Shown here: one piece after another, positions 1 through 11,850 of the stretch | Layout of the letters: every line of letters starts with the position of its first letter | Position numbering within the stretch: the stretch's first letter is position 1 | NCBI RefSeq assembly: GCF_036971445.1 | Contig: NC_091472.1 | Span: 222,766,001-222,830,000, forward strand | Direction of reading: 5' to 3' | Source of the DNA: Narcine bancroftii | Lineage: Eukaryota | Length of the DNA: 64,000 nt | Position numbers and translations under genes: made by a program | The notes under the pieces: generated by a model | Told to the model about the DNA's origin: nothing | Database searches by the model: none | The model's input: only the letters and a program-made list of their open reading frames with translations

Positions 1-2335
1 TAGCGTCATTAGCCAGGACCCAGTTCATTATTGGAAGTGCAGGTCGCAACTGGACATCTGTATCGCCTGTCATTCTTTACGTCTCCAGCAGGGCCCAGTA
101 ACAGTTGTTCAAAAGCAGAATAATGAGTGGCAGCCTTGGGCATGGGTTGTGACCAGAATCCCAGCAGGACTCGGCAGCTCTCTTGTTTCTGCCAGAGGCT
201 CCAGGAGGCCACATAATCAGTAACAGAGACCTGTAGTTCGTAGGAGGTATTTGGGATGCGGGGAGAAATGGGCAGGGCGTGAAGAATAGCCTGCTTGGCG
301 GACTGGAATGCCCTTTCCTGATTGTTACCCCATAAAAAGTCTGTTTTCTTTCGGGTAACTTTATATAGAGGACGTAAAAGCAACGCCAAGTGTGGAATAT
401 GGTGTCGCCAGAATCCCAATAACTCTAGGAAACACTGGGTCTCTTTTTTTACTAGTCGGAGTGGCCAAGACTGCGATCTTATTGTGAACTTTATCGGGAA
501 CCACCTGTTCTCCAGCATGCCACTGAATTCCAAGGAAAATAACCATCTGGGATGGCCCTGCACCTTGGTGGGATTAATGGACCACCCTCTTTGCATCAGG
601 GTATCTTGGACACTCTCCATACCTTCCTGTACCATCTCTTCTGTGGCCCCTTGGATCATCACATCATCAATATAATGGTGAACTGAGAGAGAAGGTGATA
701 CTGGTACCGCCTCCAAATCACGGGCAATTAGGCTGTGGCAAATAGTGGGAGAGTGTACATAGGCCTGAGGGAGGCGGGTGAAGGTATACTGGCGCCCCTT
801 TCAGGTAAAGGCGAACTGATCCTGTGAGACCTTAGCTATAAGAACACTGAAGAAGGCGTTAGTGAGATCAATGACAGCATACCTAGTTCCCAGTAGCAAT
901 GTTTTCAATAAGGGTAACAATGTCCAGGACTGCTGAAGCAAGTGGTGGGGCATTTTTGTTCAAAAAACGATAATCAACTGTCATTCTCCAGGAGCCAACC
1001 GGTTTCTGGACCAGCCAAACAGGGCTATTAAAGGGCAATGTTGCGGGCCTCACTACCCCTTCTTGCAAAGCATCGATGGTGGCAGTAATCTCTTCCTGCC
1101 CTCCAGGGAGGCGATATTGTAGAATGCATTTCGGATTTCGGAGGGGGGTGGGGGAGGCACCATCACAGGATCCCACTTAGCCTGACCCACCACTAATCTT
1201 TTAGTAATAGTCCGAATTCCAAATGCAAATCCCCCTTGGCTAGTATTAAGGGCCGTACCGGCCAACCTATTGATACCCAGGATACACTCATCAGTGGCAG
1301 CCACCAGGGCTTGTAACCATACAGGGGAAGGGCCATCACCCACTATGGCATGGACTTTTATGTGATCGCTGCTCCCATCCCCTCTATTCGAAATGTCAGT
1401 CCAGTCAAGAGGTTGGGGTTAGCAGGAATCACCGAATGCTCCGCACTGGTATCGACCAAGGCCAAATATTGGCGGTCATTACCCCAACCCCAATGGATTG
1501 TTAAGGGTATGTAGGGCCGCGGGTCCCCGTATATCCACCATATCTCAATGGAGTAGACATGGGAATCCCGCCGCACCCTCATGCCTTAGTAGGGTTCGGG
1601 TGCTTCCAGGACCACATGCTACTATTATCCATAAGAGCCTTTTTAACCAATTGTTGTATCTCATCATGGGTAACTGGAGCAAGAGAAGCTGGATCAGTGG
1701 GAGCAGCAGTGGGAGCAGAAGGCACAGCTGGGCCAGGAGGACTCAACAGCTGGGGATGATGTTACCCTGCCTTCCTCTTATAAAGGGCATAAAGGACCGC
1801 GGTAGGTTTCCCATCAATATCACTTTTAGGTACGCCCAACTTTAACAAGGTTAGAAAAAAGGTACTTTCTTGTCGGTCCGTTATTAGCAGCAGCCCCTCT
1901 CTTTTCATCCTGCTTGTCTGATGTAACCTGGGTTGTATGCGAGTAGATTTTAACTCCCAACTCTAATTCTTGAAACGAACCAATCGGCTATGCATTCCGG
2001 AAGTGAACGTCTCTTCGTCAGGGCTCCCCCCCATGTACCCACAACCTCAAACGCCGTGCATTCAAGGCAGAGGCCAGGGCCTGTTGACGAATTAGTGCTA
2101 TACCCTTCTCTGGGGTGCCCCAATTGTTCTGTAAATGTAAATCCCAATCTACTGGTGAGGGGTATACTCGTAACAGGGCATCCCCTAGAGTGGCAAGTAA
2201 GTAATCCACCCCTCTCCTTCTACCACGTAGCTCAGCAGTGACCTGGAAATCAGTAGTCAACATTCCTAATCCCAACAATTCCTCAGGGGTTAAAAATACA
2301 TTACCCCCTCCTTGTTCCCAAACACGCAGGAGCCC
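1..2335 (-). mobile_element. Decayed class III (ERV-L-related) endogenous retrovirus, internal gag-pro-pol; continues left of the window
   Basis: Minus-strand peptides: Gag LLRVWEQGGGNVFLTPEELLGLG and LKLGVPKSDIDGKPTAVLYALYK. Protease IHWGWGNDRQYLALVDTSAE. RT QYRLPGG..FNSPVW..GSWRMTVDYR, FTRLPQAYVHSPTICH, HYIDD, FWRHHIPHL. These are collinear with HERV-L/MuERV-L as recalled. Many stops and frameshifts. Confidence 0.9.
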
Positions 2336-2850
2336 GGCTGTCCATCCTTAAAGGGGTCATCAAAGACAGAAATTAAAAAAGGTGCAAGCCATTTGGAGAA
2401 AGATTTATAAAATTCACAGGATATCCGTCTGGATATCTGAATAGCCGATGCTATTTCCTGTGAAATAGGTACTTCCAGACTTGTACATCTGTCTTGAGAG
2501 AGATAGGTAACTTTAGCTGATCCAGATAATCTCTTGCTTTTTATTTCAAATCCTGAGGTTTCTATACCAAAAATATTAACTCTAAGTTGGTCAATTTTCA
2601 GGTTATAAATTGAATTTACATAAGAGTGAATTATTACCCCTAAAAGGGTTTTTTTTAAAAGATATTCCAATGACCCCTTTAAGGTAGTAAAGGATTCATC
2701 TAGAAATTACAAACACCAGGAATAACAAAAATTACTGAAAGAAAATTTTTTGATGTTACTTAATCAGATGAAAGCATTATCAGGGTGGTCACCTTTATCT
2801 ATTACAATGATTTGATTAAAATGAATGTTTTACCCAAATTCTTTTAAAGC
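2336..2850. mobile_element. Rearranged L1 ORF2 fragments: minus-strand piece ~2336-2522 joined to plus-strand piece ~2526-2850
   Basis: Minus piece: PDGYP/EFYKSFSKWLAPFLISVF. Plus piece: DNLLLFISNPEVSIP, GQFSGYKLNLHKSELLP, KMNVLPKF. Both are L1 RT-region motifs. Confidence 0.7.
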
Positions 2851-2884
2851 TTTACCCTCTCTGTAACTGGATTCTCTGCTTCCT

Positions 2885-3055
2885 TATGGAAAGACCACGG
2901 TCTGTCTGGGTTGGCAGCAGAATGTCGAGCACAGTAACATTGAACACTGGTGCATCACAGGGCCATGTGATCCTTCCACTGCTGTTCATGCATCACCAGA
3001 TCCAGTTCTAATAGAGTCATCAAGTTTGCAGATGGCATGTCAGTAATTGGCTTCA
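2885..3055 (+). mobile_element. Rex1/Babar LINE RT fragment
   Basis: STVTLNTGASQG...SSNRVIKFADG; resembles the Rex1 copy at 56100-56250. Confidence 0.7.
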
Positions 3056-3815
3056 TGTTGTGTTCAAGAATTGGTTCGATGGGTTCAAAGAAAATCAAGT
3101 CTGGACACATGTTATCAACAAACAGTGGGCTTTATTTATGCATAGGTAAATTCACAAATGGGCACATAGACTAACATACACAGCACACAGGCAGAGTATA
3201 ATGAGAAACGAGGGTTTAAGTTCTTCAGCATCCACCACCCACAGTATACCATGTACCTAATGAGTACATACATATGAACCTGATCTCCAGTGTTGCCACT
3301 GCCCAGGATCTGGGACAGGCCCATTGAGTCGGCCCTCTGGAATTGCCCGTGGCTCGCAGCCTGGAGTTCAGCAATAGTCACAGCAAACAAACACATACTC
3401 AGCAATAATACATAAATAACTACACATTGTGTGCAAATAAATCACTGCAAAACATTCTCAACACAGTACTATCAACTCTCTAGCAGACATAGCATACTAA
3501 CAAATAGTAAATTAATTACAATTAATAAGTGTATCAAATGAACCTGGTCTCCACCATTGCCCACGGCTCGGGATCCAGGACCATTGCATTCAGCCCTCCA
3601 GAGCTGCAACCTGGAGTTCAGTGATGGTCTCCATACAGCAGCAGCAAACAAAGAGAGAGAGAAAACAGAGACAACACATACTTGGATTTTTTTAATGCAA
3701 AACCCATCCATGTGATCTAGAAGGATCAGCCTCACGTGTGGGCAAATCTAACCCTTGATTGACAGGCGAGGTGACTTCCAACTAGGCTCCAGCCAGACAG
3801 GCCACATTCCCACCA
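3056..3815 (-). mobile_element. Putative LTR with an internal ~120-bp degenerate duplication
   Basis: On the minus strand it begins TG and ends CA, with an A-rich TATA-like run near 3690 and AATAAA at 3131-3136. Duplicated blocks lie at ~3277-3400 and ~3541-3660. No TSD found. Confidence 0.4.
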
Positions 3816-3958
3816 GATTACAGACAGAGAGGCCATATTTTTCTCACAATCGATGGGATCATTATTAAGAGTGCTTGCAAAATTAGGGAGGATCTCTGCA
3901 ACCCTGCACACAGCCACATTGTCTGGGAAAAAGATACAGGAAAATAAAAGCATTTATA

Positions 3959-4326
3959 CTCAACCCTTTTCTTTCCACTCACATACCACTTTAAGTATTC
4001 CCCATGCCATAGCTGCTCTGTGATTAGTAAGGGATTGCTCAAGGTGGTATGTGGGTGGAAAGAAAAAGTTTGAAAACCACTGTTTTAATCATACCTAATT
4101 GACTCGTTATGTGCACGGTTTCATAACTCTAAAGAAAATGGGCCAATGATAATTTTTCTCAAGCCAAATATTTCAGTAACAATTGGGTCAAGAGCAGTGA
4201 TTCTCATTTTTTTTCCCCCACTCACATACCACCTTAAGTAATCCCTTACTAATCATACATAGCATCTATGGCAGAGATTACTTAAGGTGGTTATGTGAGT
4301 GGAAAGAAAAAGTTTGAAAACCATTG
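3959..4326. mobile_element. hAT-Charlie composite MITE (copy 1, left TIR eroded)
   Basis: Highly similar to the 22308-22675 element. It sits within a Rex1 3' region (3870-4560). Confidence 0.8.
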
Positions 4327-4709
4327 CATTCGAGCCAGATCCACCAGGCTGAAAAACAGCTTTTTCATACTGCTAAAACAACTCTCCTTGACTCTATTTA
4401 TTAATAATATTTATTTTAATATATGTACACATGCACAGCATACATGTATTTTGCTTGTCTGTACACATGTTATCTGTATGCATGTTTTGCACTTTCTGCA
4501 CCATGAATTATGTTTTATTGGGTTGTACTGGTACATCAGAAAAAAAATGAACTTAAAATTATGATGGGTATAGATAGGGTAAATGCAAGCAGGCTTTTTC
4601 CATGGAGGTTAAGTAAGGAGACATGGGTTAAATTACAGCACTGTACAGGCTCTTCAGCCCTTGACGTTGTGCTGACCTACATATTTTTACCAAAAAAAAA
4701 CTAAACATT

Positions 4710-4940
4710 AGTGCAGTACTGTTACAGCACCTATGATCGGGACTGGGGTTCAAATCCTGCAATGTTTGTAAGGTGTTTGTTCATTTTCCCTGTTTCTGCA
4801 TGGGTTTTCCCCAGAGGCTCTGGTTTCCACCCACCATTCGAAACGTATAGAGGGTGTAGGTTAATTAGATGTAAATTGGGCAGCACGGGCTTGAGGTTAA
4901 AATGGCCTGTTACCGTGCTGTATGTCTAAATTTAAAATTA
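4710..4940 (+). mobile_element. tRNA-derived V-SINE (HE1-like)
   Basis: B-box GGTTCAAATCC, V-domain-like TGCATGGGTTTTCCCCAGAGGCTCTGGTTTCC and tail TGCTGTATGTCTAAA. Confidence 0.75.
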
Positions 4941-5099
4941 AAATATTTAAATTTACCTCAATCCTCTATTTTCCTTTCATCCATGTGTCTGTTTCATAAT
5001 CTCTTAAATGCCCAGCTTCCTATAGGCCTTCTTAACTGTCCCCCCTATCAACCTGCATGGCAACTTTGAGCGATGTATGGATTTGGCTCCTCTGTTCCA

Positions 5100-5290
5100 T
5101 CACACTGTTAAGTATTTGACCATTAACTCTGTACTCAGCCTTCTTGTTTGACCTTCCAAAATTGCCACCCAACTCTGCATCCTATATTGTTTTGTAACCT
5201 ACAACAACCTTCAGCACTACCCAGAACTCCACCAACCTTCATATCATCTGCAAAGTTACTAACCCATCCTTCAGCTTCTTCATCTAGGTT
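5100..5290 (-). mobile_element. CR1 LINE RT fragment
   Basis: LDEEAEGWVSNFADDMKVGGV...CCRLQ is the CR1 FADD motif. Confidence 0.8.
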
Positions 5291-5294
5291 ATTT

Positions 5295-5590
5295 AAATTT
5301 AGACATATAGCATGGTGACAGGCCATTTCTGCCCACCAGTCTGTGCTGCCCAATTTACACCCAGTTAAGCTTCTCCGGCATTTTATGTTTTTACTTCAAC
5401 CAGTGTCTACAGATTTTTGTGATTTACTTCTTAACCACACCCCCTGTACTTTTCAAACTGTGGGAGGAAACTGGAGCCCTCAGAGGAGGGCAGACACGGG
5501 GAGAACAGACAAACTCCTTACAGACAGTGCAGGATTCAAATCATCCCATCGCTAGCACTGTAAAGACGTTGAGCTAACTGCCACACCAAT
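5295..5590 (-). mobile_element. V-SINE (HE1-like), inverted relative to the 4710 copy
   Basis: Reverse complement of the same SINE body and tail. Confidence 0.75.
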
Positions 5591-6009
5591 TATAAAATTT
5601 ACAAAGAGCAAAGGTCCCGCCTGAAGACAAGCCATTCTTTAATCCACGGTTTCATGCAACCCATCTATGCCTCATGACCCTCTGAGCAAGTCTCTCATGG
5701 GCAACCTTGTCAAATGCCTTATTAAAATCCATATAGACCACATCTACCATGCTCCTTCATCAATTTCTTTAGTGACCTCAAAAGAAAAGCATAATGAGGC
5801 TCCTGTCAAACACTGAGTGGGCTCGATAGCATGGCTCTGGAGGAGACTTTTTCGATGGTAGGGAGTGTGGAACCATCACAGCTTCAGAAGAATGGAATTA
5901 CACAGAGGGTGGTGAATGCCTGGATTTGGTTGCTGCTGGATGTCTGTGGGTAAATTTAAGGCAGAGATGGGTTCTTGATTAGGAAGGGAATCAGGGGAAT
6001 GGGGTTGTA

Positions 6010-6870
6010 AATCAGCCGTGATGGACCGGTGGGCCAAATTCTACTTCCCTGTGGCGGGGGGTTGAGGGGGATCCTGACCCGCACGGTCTTTCTGAAGGGC
6101 GCCAGTCGTTCCACCGCGCGGGCGACATGGCCCCTCAATGCCTCCCCCATCGAGCTGCGAGCCGTCCTTCTCCTCCAGGTCGCCCTCGGCGCGCGGCAGC
6201 TGTCTGTCCACCGGCGGGAACGCAAGCAGCCGCGGGCCCCGTGGAGGGAGATCCTCTCACGTCAATCACGGCTGAGCCAGCCGCCCAATCACGCCACTCC
6301 TGGGATTCCATTGGCTACTTTGAGCTTCCCGGCGCAGGTTTGCCTTTTAATAATTGGTTGATATATTGACCAATCGGCATTGTCAGTGCCGATGATGTTT
6401 GAAATTCGATCGAGCGAGAGTTACGCCTAGTTTTAGTGGTTCGTGCGTACATCAATCTTGACTATGAGGCGGGAAGGAGGAGGGACACGAATTCAATCCA
6501 GATGTTGGATTGGACGATGATAGAGGAGGAAACGGTACTTCGATTTGATTGGTGTACTGTAGGTGACGTCAGAGGGAGAGGCGGTCGGGTTTTACCTCTG
6601 TCGCAGCAGCCATGTTGGACCTTGGTACTGCGAACGGTTGGTGAATGAGTGAGTAACAGTGAGGGCGGGTGTGTAGCCCGTGGCCCGTGCTTATTCGCGC
6701 AGTGCAACCGCCGGAGGAACGCGTCGCCGCCGTCCCGGTACTCGGTTTGCGTGATCATGGAGGATGCAGAGAGGCGCAGAAAGTTGGAAGCTGCGAGGAT
6801 CAAGGTGAGTGGCACCTGAAGGGGCCGAGGAGGGGGCGGCAGGACAGGGCAGCGAGGGAGCAGGGTGACC
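6010..6870. promoter_or_regulatory. CpG-island, TATA-less promoter of PCNT, probably bidirectional
   Basis: CpG-dense block in a CpG-poor window. CCAAT at 6285 and 6370. ATTGG at 6310, 6353, 6509 and 6548. Perfect CRE TGACGTCA at 6564-6571, variant TCACGTCA at 6257-6264, and CHR-like TTTGAA at 6398-6403. Confidence 0.85.
6757..6804 (+). CDS. PCNT: PCNT coding exon 1 (MEDAERRRKLEAARIK)
   Basis: Good Kozak context atcATGG; donor AAG|gtgagt; phase 0. Confidence 0.92.
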
Positions 6871-7405
6871 CAGCAAAGCATCGGATCTGGACACCTGATC
6901 TTGTCAGTGCAGATATCCGGTGTGTGGATACCTGGTCCGGACAGTTGTCAGTGTAGATTCCTGGTGTGTGGTTACCTAGTTTGGGCATTCGTCAGTGCAG
7001 ATCTCTGGTGTGTGGACACCTGCTCTAGGGGCAGTTGTCAGCGTAGATCCTCGTGTGTGGACTTCTGGTCCAGGGAGTTGTCAGTGGAGATCCCTGGTGT
7101 GTGGTTACCTGTTTTGGGCAGTTGTCAATGCAGATCCCGGGTGTGTGGTTACCTGTTCTGGGCAGTTGTCAGTGCAGATCCCCAGTGTGTGGACTCTTGG
7201 TCCAGGCAGTTGTCTGTGCAGATCCCTGGTGTGTGGTTACCTGTTTTGTGCAGTTGTCAATGCAGATTCCTGGTGTGTGAAAACCTGGTCCAGGAATTTG
7301 CCAGTGCAGATCCCCGTGTGTGGACACCTGGTCCGGGAAGCTGTCAGTGCAGATCCCCAGTACGTGGACGTCTGGCCCAGGTAGTTGTTGCTACGATAGA
7401 TCCTT
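6870..7405. repeat. 44-bp minisatellite, ~12 units
   Basis: The anchor (T)TGTCAGTGCAGAT recurs at 6901, 6945, 6989, 7035, 7078, 7122, 7166, 7210, 7254, 7298, 7341 and 7385 (43-46 bp spacing). Confidence 0.95.
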
Positions 7406-8619
7406 AGCTGTTTATTTGTCCTGTGAAGCCTTGCCATCATAAATACATTAGTCAAATAACTTTAATCTGATTTTAATTGCCACTTCACTGCTATATAGGT
7501 TCAGCTAATCTCAATTTATCTGAGGTTTACCCTTGTCCCTCCTTTCCCACTTACTCATGCTCCGTAAATCTAACCTGTTTTCTGTATTTTTCATTGTCTT
7601 ACAAAGTAATAGATAGTAATAGATATCTTGGAAAGAGACCAGCATTCTTCGAAGGCTTTTTTTTGTGATGTATGTATGTATTTTGAAAAAAAAACGGTCC
7701 TCATTCAACCTACAATATTGGAACAAATTTTCTGGTCGCAATGTTGTAGAATTATAGAAAATTTATGTCACAGGATGGAACTGAGCCTGTGTCTGAGCCA
7801 GTTGAAAAAGAATTATCCAAGTGAATCCTAGCTTCCAACATTGATTCCATGGTTCTGCAGGTCACAGGGCTTTAAGGACTTGTGCAATAACCTTTTAAGC
7901 ATGGTGAGGATTCTACCTTTTTTTCCCTCTTCAGTAACTGTGTTCCAGAATCTTACTACTCTCTGGGTGCAAACAGTTTTTCTTATCTCCCCACCAATAA
8001 TTCTTCACTTTAACTTTCTTTACATCTCTGCTTCCTAGCTTCTATTTATTCTCCCCGAGTCTTAAAAATATTTTATGTCGCAATATTTTGGACCCTTTTA
8101 CCAAAGTAAAATGAACCCAAGCTTTCCCTGGCTTTCTCCATAGCTACAAAGTACCAATCCTAACAAGATTTTCATATCAGTTGTGTATTTTCTCATCTTT
8201 TCACCAATATGGTGACCAGAGTTAAATGTTCTTAATTAAGATGTGGTTTAACTCGAGTTCTAGTGTAACTTTCCACTTTTTAGATCTTCTGCCTTGGATC
8301 ATGAGGAAAGCATCTTTTGAGTGATGGATGCAAGTAAAATATTTACTAAAGTACTGGTAACCTAAAGCAGTAGAATAGTTTGGAAGAGAGTTGAAAGTAC
8401 GGAATTTTCATCAATTCCAGAATTATACCCCTGGCAGACTGGAGATCTACAAATGAGGATAACAGTTCTGAAGACATAAACTTTGAATATTTTCTGAAGT
8501 GAGGTTTATAATGGAATTAAGAGCACTGTTAGCTGACAATGTATTCCTGGATGTGCTCTGCTATGCCCTTATAAAAAAATTTTCAATTGACAATCATGGC
8601 ATTTGGTGATGATGGCGCC

Positions 8620-9185
8620 AAGAAACCAAAGTAAATTTGGCATGTCCTCACCATCTCTTACCAATTTTTATGGATGGATTGCAGAAAGTATCCTGTCTGG
8701 CTGCATCATATCCTATCTCACTGTATCAAACCTTGGCCTGAGAAATGCTCTGCATTGTAGGAAGTATCCTGGCTGGCTCTACCACAGTCTGCACAAGATT
8801 GCAAGGAACTACAAAAAGCTGTCGGTGCACCCATCCTGAAAACAAGGCTCCTTCCATTAACATAGTTGATGCTTCCTACTGCCTCAGGAAAGCAACCAAC
8901 ATCTTAACTGACACATCCCACCCTAATCTTGCACTGTTCTCCCCTCCTAAATATATATGTTTATAAGCATTGCACCACCAGATTCAATGTTTCTTTTCCG
9001 CTGTTATCAACACTTGAACTGATCTCTCATTAGTAAAAGATCATTCCTTGATTTCATGAAATGTTCCTCATTATGGCTCTTGCACTGTTTTAACTCTGCT
9101 TTTCTCAGTAACACTATACTATCTGTTGTATTTGAAAATGGGTTGACTTTCCTGGATTGCACGCAAAACCTTTTCACTGTAGCAC
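8620..9185 (+). mobile_element. Degenerate Rex1/Babar LINE 3' end
   Basis: LTNFY..IAESILSGCI and CLRKATNILTDTSHP motifs, followed by a typical 3' tail. Confidence 0.65.
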
Positions 9186-9456
9186 CTGAACAGCCTGTCA
9201 CCGGTATGGATGTGCCAGTGGATCAGTAAGTAGGATGCGTTGCAGAAGTCTCAGCTGCAGACATCACAGCTGAAGGGCTCTTGCCCATGTGGCTGCACCA
9301 GTAGAACTGGAGATAGATAAGGTTGCAGAAGGCCTTGTGGCAAAGTTGGCAGTGATAGGAATTCACCCCACTGTGGACTCTCTGGTCACCCGCCAGAACT
9401 GTATTCGCTGCAAAATTACAATACCAGGTAACACTGAGTTTCCCACATATGTTCAT
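9185..9456 (-). pseudogene. C2H2 (Kruppel-type) zinc-finger pseudogene fragment, antisense in intron 1; decayed upstream part may extend to ~10300
   Basis: QRVHSGVNSYHCQLCHKAF...SHMGKSP, then after a frameshift FSCDVCS*DFCNASYLLIHWHIHTGDRLFRC. C-x2-C pairs and TGEKP-like linkers are visible. Confidence 0.7.
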
Positions 9457-11689
9457 GTGGGCATTTTAGATGATGTTTAAATAACCTATTTTGACAGTAA
9501 CCTTGAGAAGGAGATCTCATGGCAGCCATGGATGGACAGAGCACTGGGCAGAGACTATTAGAAGAAGGAGACACAGAGACTGATCAATCAAAAAAACCTG
9601 TGCATGGTCAATGTCTAGACAGTGATTCAGCATTCAAACAGTGGTCAGTTGGGTCTGAAGTACTTGCAGTACATGATGGACTGCTGGCTGTAGGACAACA
9701 GGACAGTCATTGGAATCCCTCAGTATACATTCAATGCCTGAGATTTCATCAGCTTCCACCTGGAGAATGGCCGCTGGGTCCCTGCCACCCTGATCGCATT
9801 GTCCTCAAGGGACCGGTGCAACAGCAAGACCACCAACAACTTGTACAAATAGCAGTGTGGAGTGCAGGCGTTGCACTGCAAAGTTGTTCCAGAGGTGGTA
9901 GTATTTTTTCCCAAGACCATCAATGTGACCTGATTCAAGGATGGCCAGCCTCTTTCACTGCACAAAACACTGGCAGATTGCAAAACCACGATGGTACCCA
10001 TCAGTTGACAGTGAATGGGGAGAAATGCAAGCTCACTTGCTGGGTAATGCACACCAACAGGCCTGACAGCATGGATGTTACCTGGGATGGATGCTATGGT
10101 ATTGCTGGCTGACAAATTGCTCTTATCCTGCTGGTCATTGGATATGTGCTAGGAGCTGGCTTTGCCTGGTGGATGTTCATATGTAGAGTGAAGGAACATT
10201 TCTTCAGTTTAATCAATGGAGTCAGTGGGACTGACAATCCCTCTTCAGGTTCTGAAAGCAAACAGTCATTGCAAGGAAATGGAAGCAAAGGAGAAGTTGC
10301 CATGAATGAGGAAGAAACATTGCTGGCATAATCATGCCTCTTATCACAGGCCCTGTCTGTGTTTGGCAGCAAACAAAGAGGGGTTGCAGACTCCAGGAGA
10401 GCAATGGACCAGCAATAGGGAGAACACCCCCTATTGAGAAGGAGAAGCCTGGGAGATGACTCTATAGGAAGGTGAGCACAGCAGTGGACCTGCGAGGGCT
10501 CCGTGGTTGAAGGACCCACACAGGGTGCGGACTGTTAGGGACGTGGTCAAAGGATTCAAATAGGCTGTGGTCTTTAAGAGACTAGCTCATGGGAACCAGG
10601 TATCAGAACTGGGTTTCAAGAGGGTGCTGAGGCCAAGAAAGGCCTCCTGAAGTGTCTAGGGCACTGAAGACTTCTGATTGTATTGGAGGTTTGACCTGGA
10701 GCTTGGTTTGCTGATACTTTGAACAAGAGCCTGTGTGGTGGCAGAGGCTGTGGGAGCACTGGAGGCAAATCCACGGACACTCAGTATCTAATTTCATATT
10801 TGTTGTCAGAGTATATACATGACATCACACACAACCTGAGATTTTTTATCCGGCGGGCGAGGCAGAATGGCCACTTATTGGTTGTGCAAAAAAACTGTTT
10901 TCAACTTTTTTTTGTTGGGGGGTGCTGGGCAATGGTAACTGTTTGTTTGCTTTATGGCAGACAAAAGTTAAAGTTTATCATGCACATTACATTTTTATAT
11001 ATGGTTACATGACAATAAAATGTACCTTGAGAAGTACTTGATACATGTGAAAATAAGCAGCAAGAGGGTGTCCGGGTGTTCAGTGGTCTATTGAATGAGA
11101 AGAAAATATAAAGGCTTAATTTCTCATTAATTAACAAATTCCGTATCTATAGTTTTGAAAAGGGTGATGTGCTGGTTTCCTTGACAATCAGCATAATCTC
11201 CAAGTGCAATTTTTAAATTGACAAATCTTGTTTGAAATGCTTTTTACCCATGTGGCAGCTAAACCTGTTTCATTTTCTTCTTTCCTTTCCTGTAGATGCT
11301 CATTTTGTGTTGTGATCCAAGCTTATTGGATGCCTTCAGTGGCACACTTAGAACATCCACAAAGGGGTAGATTAGTCATTGGACTTTGGATGCAATTCGC
11401 CCTGTATCGTCTTGTTGTGGATCAGATTGCTGTGTGCAGTTCCCTCAGGTGCAGTGTATCTTTCTGATCCATTGGGCTCCACACCAGATACATTAAGGGA
11501 ATCTCTTGAATTCTATTTCTGACGCAGCTTCAAATGGATGCAACTTCAGAATATGGTGTAACTGGTTCTTCATATAGAATGCAAAATGCTTATGTAGCAC
11601 TGATGTTGTGAATTTGCTTGGAAAAGCCTGTCTCTGAAAGCTACAACTTTAATAGTGACAGATGAATTGGCTCTATTTAAAAAAAATAT

Positions 11690-11850
11690 CTTTAGACATA
11701 CAGCACAGTAACAGGCCATTTCAGTCCATGAGTTCCCCACAGACACAGGGGGAATGTACAGGCATTACAGACAGCGTGGGATTTGAACCTCAGTCCTGAT
11801 CACTGATGCCGTAACAACATTGCGCTAACCACTTCGCCAACCGTGCTTCC
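11690..11850 (-). mobile_element. Internally deleted V-SINE
   Basis: Same head (A/B box) and tail as the other copies. Confidence 0.65.

Noticed and set aside
6870-7405. CRISPR-like array or Cys-rich ORFs (6865-7407, 6995-7384)
   Set aside because: Whole units repeat with no unique spacers and no cas genes, in a vertebrate intron. The ORFs are by-products of the minisatellite.
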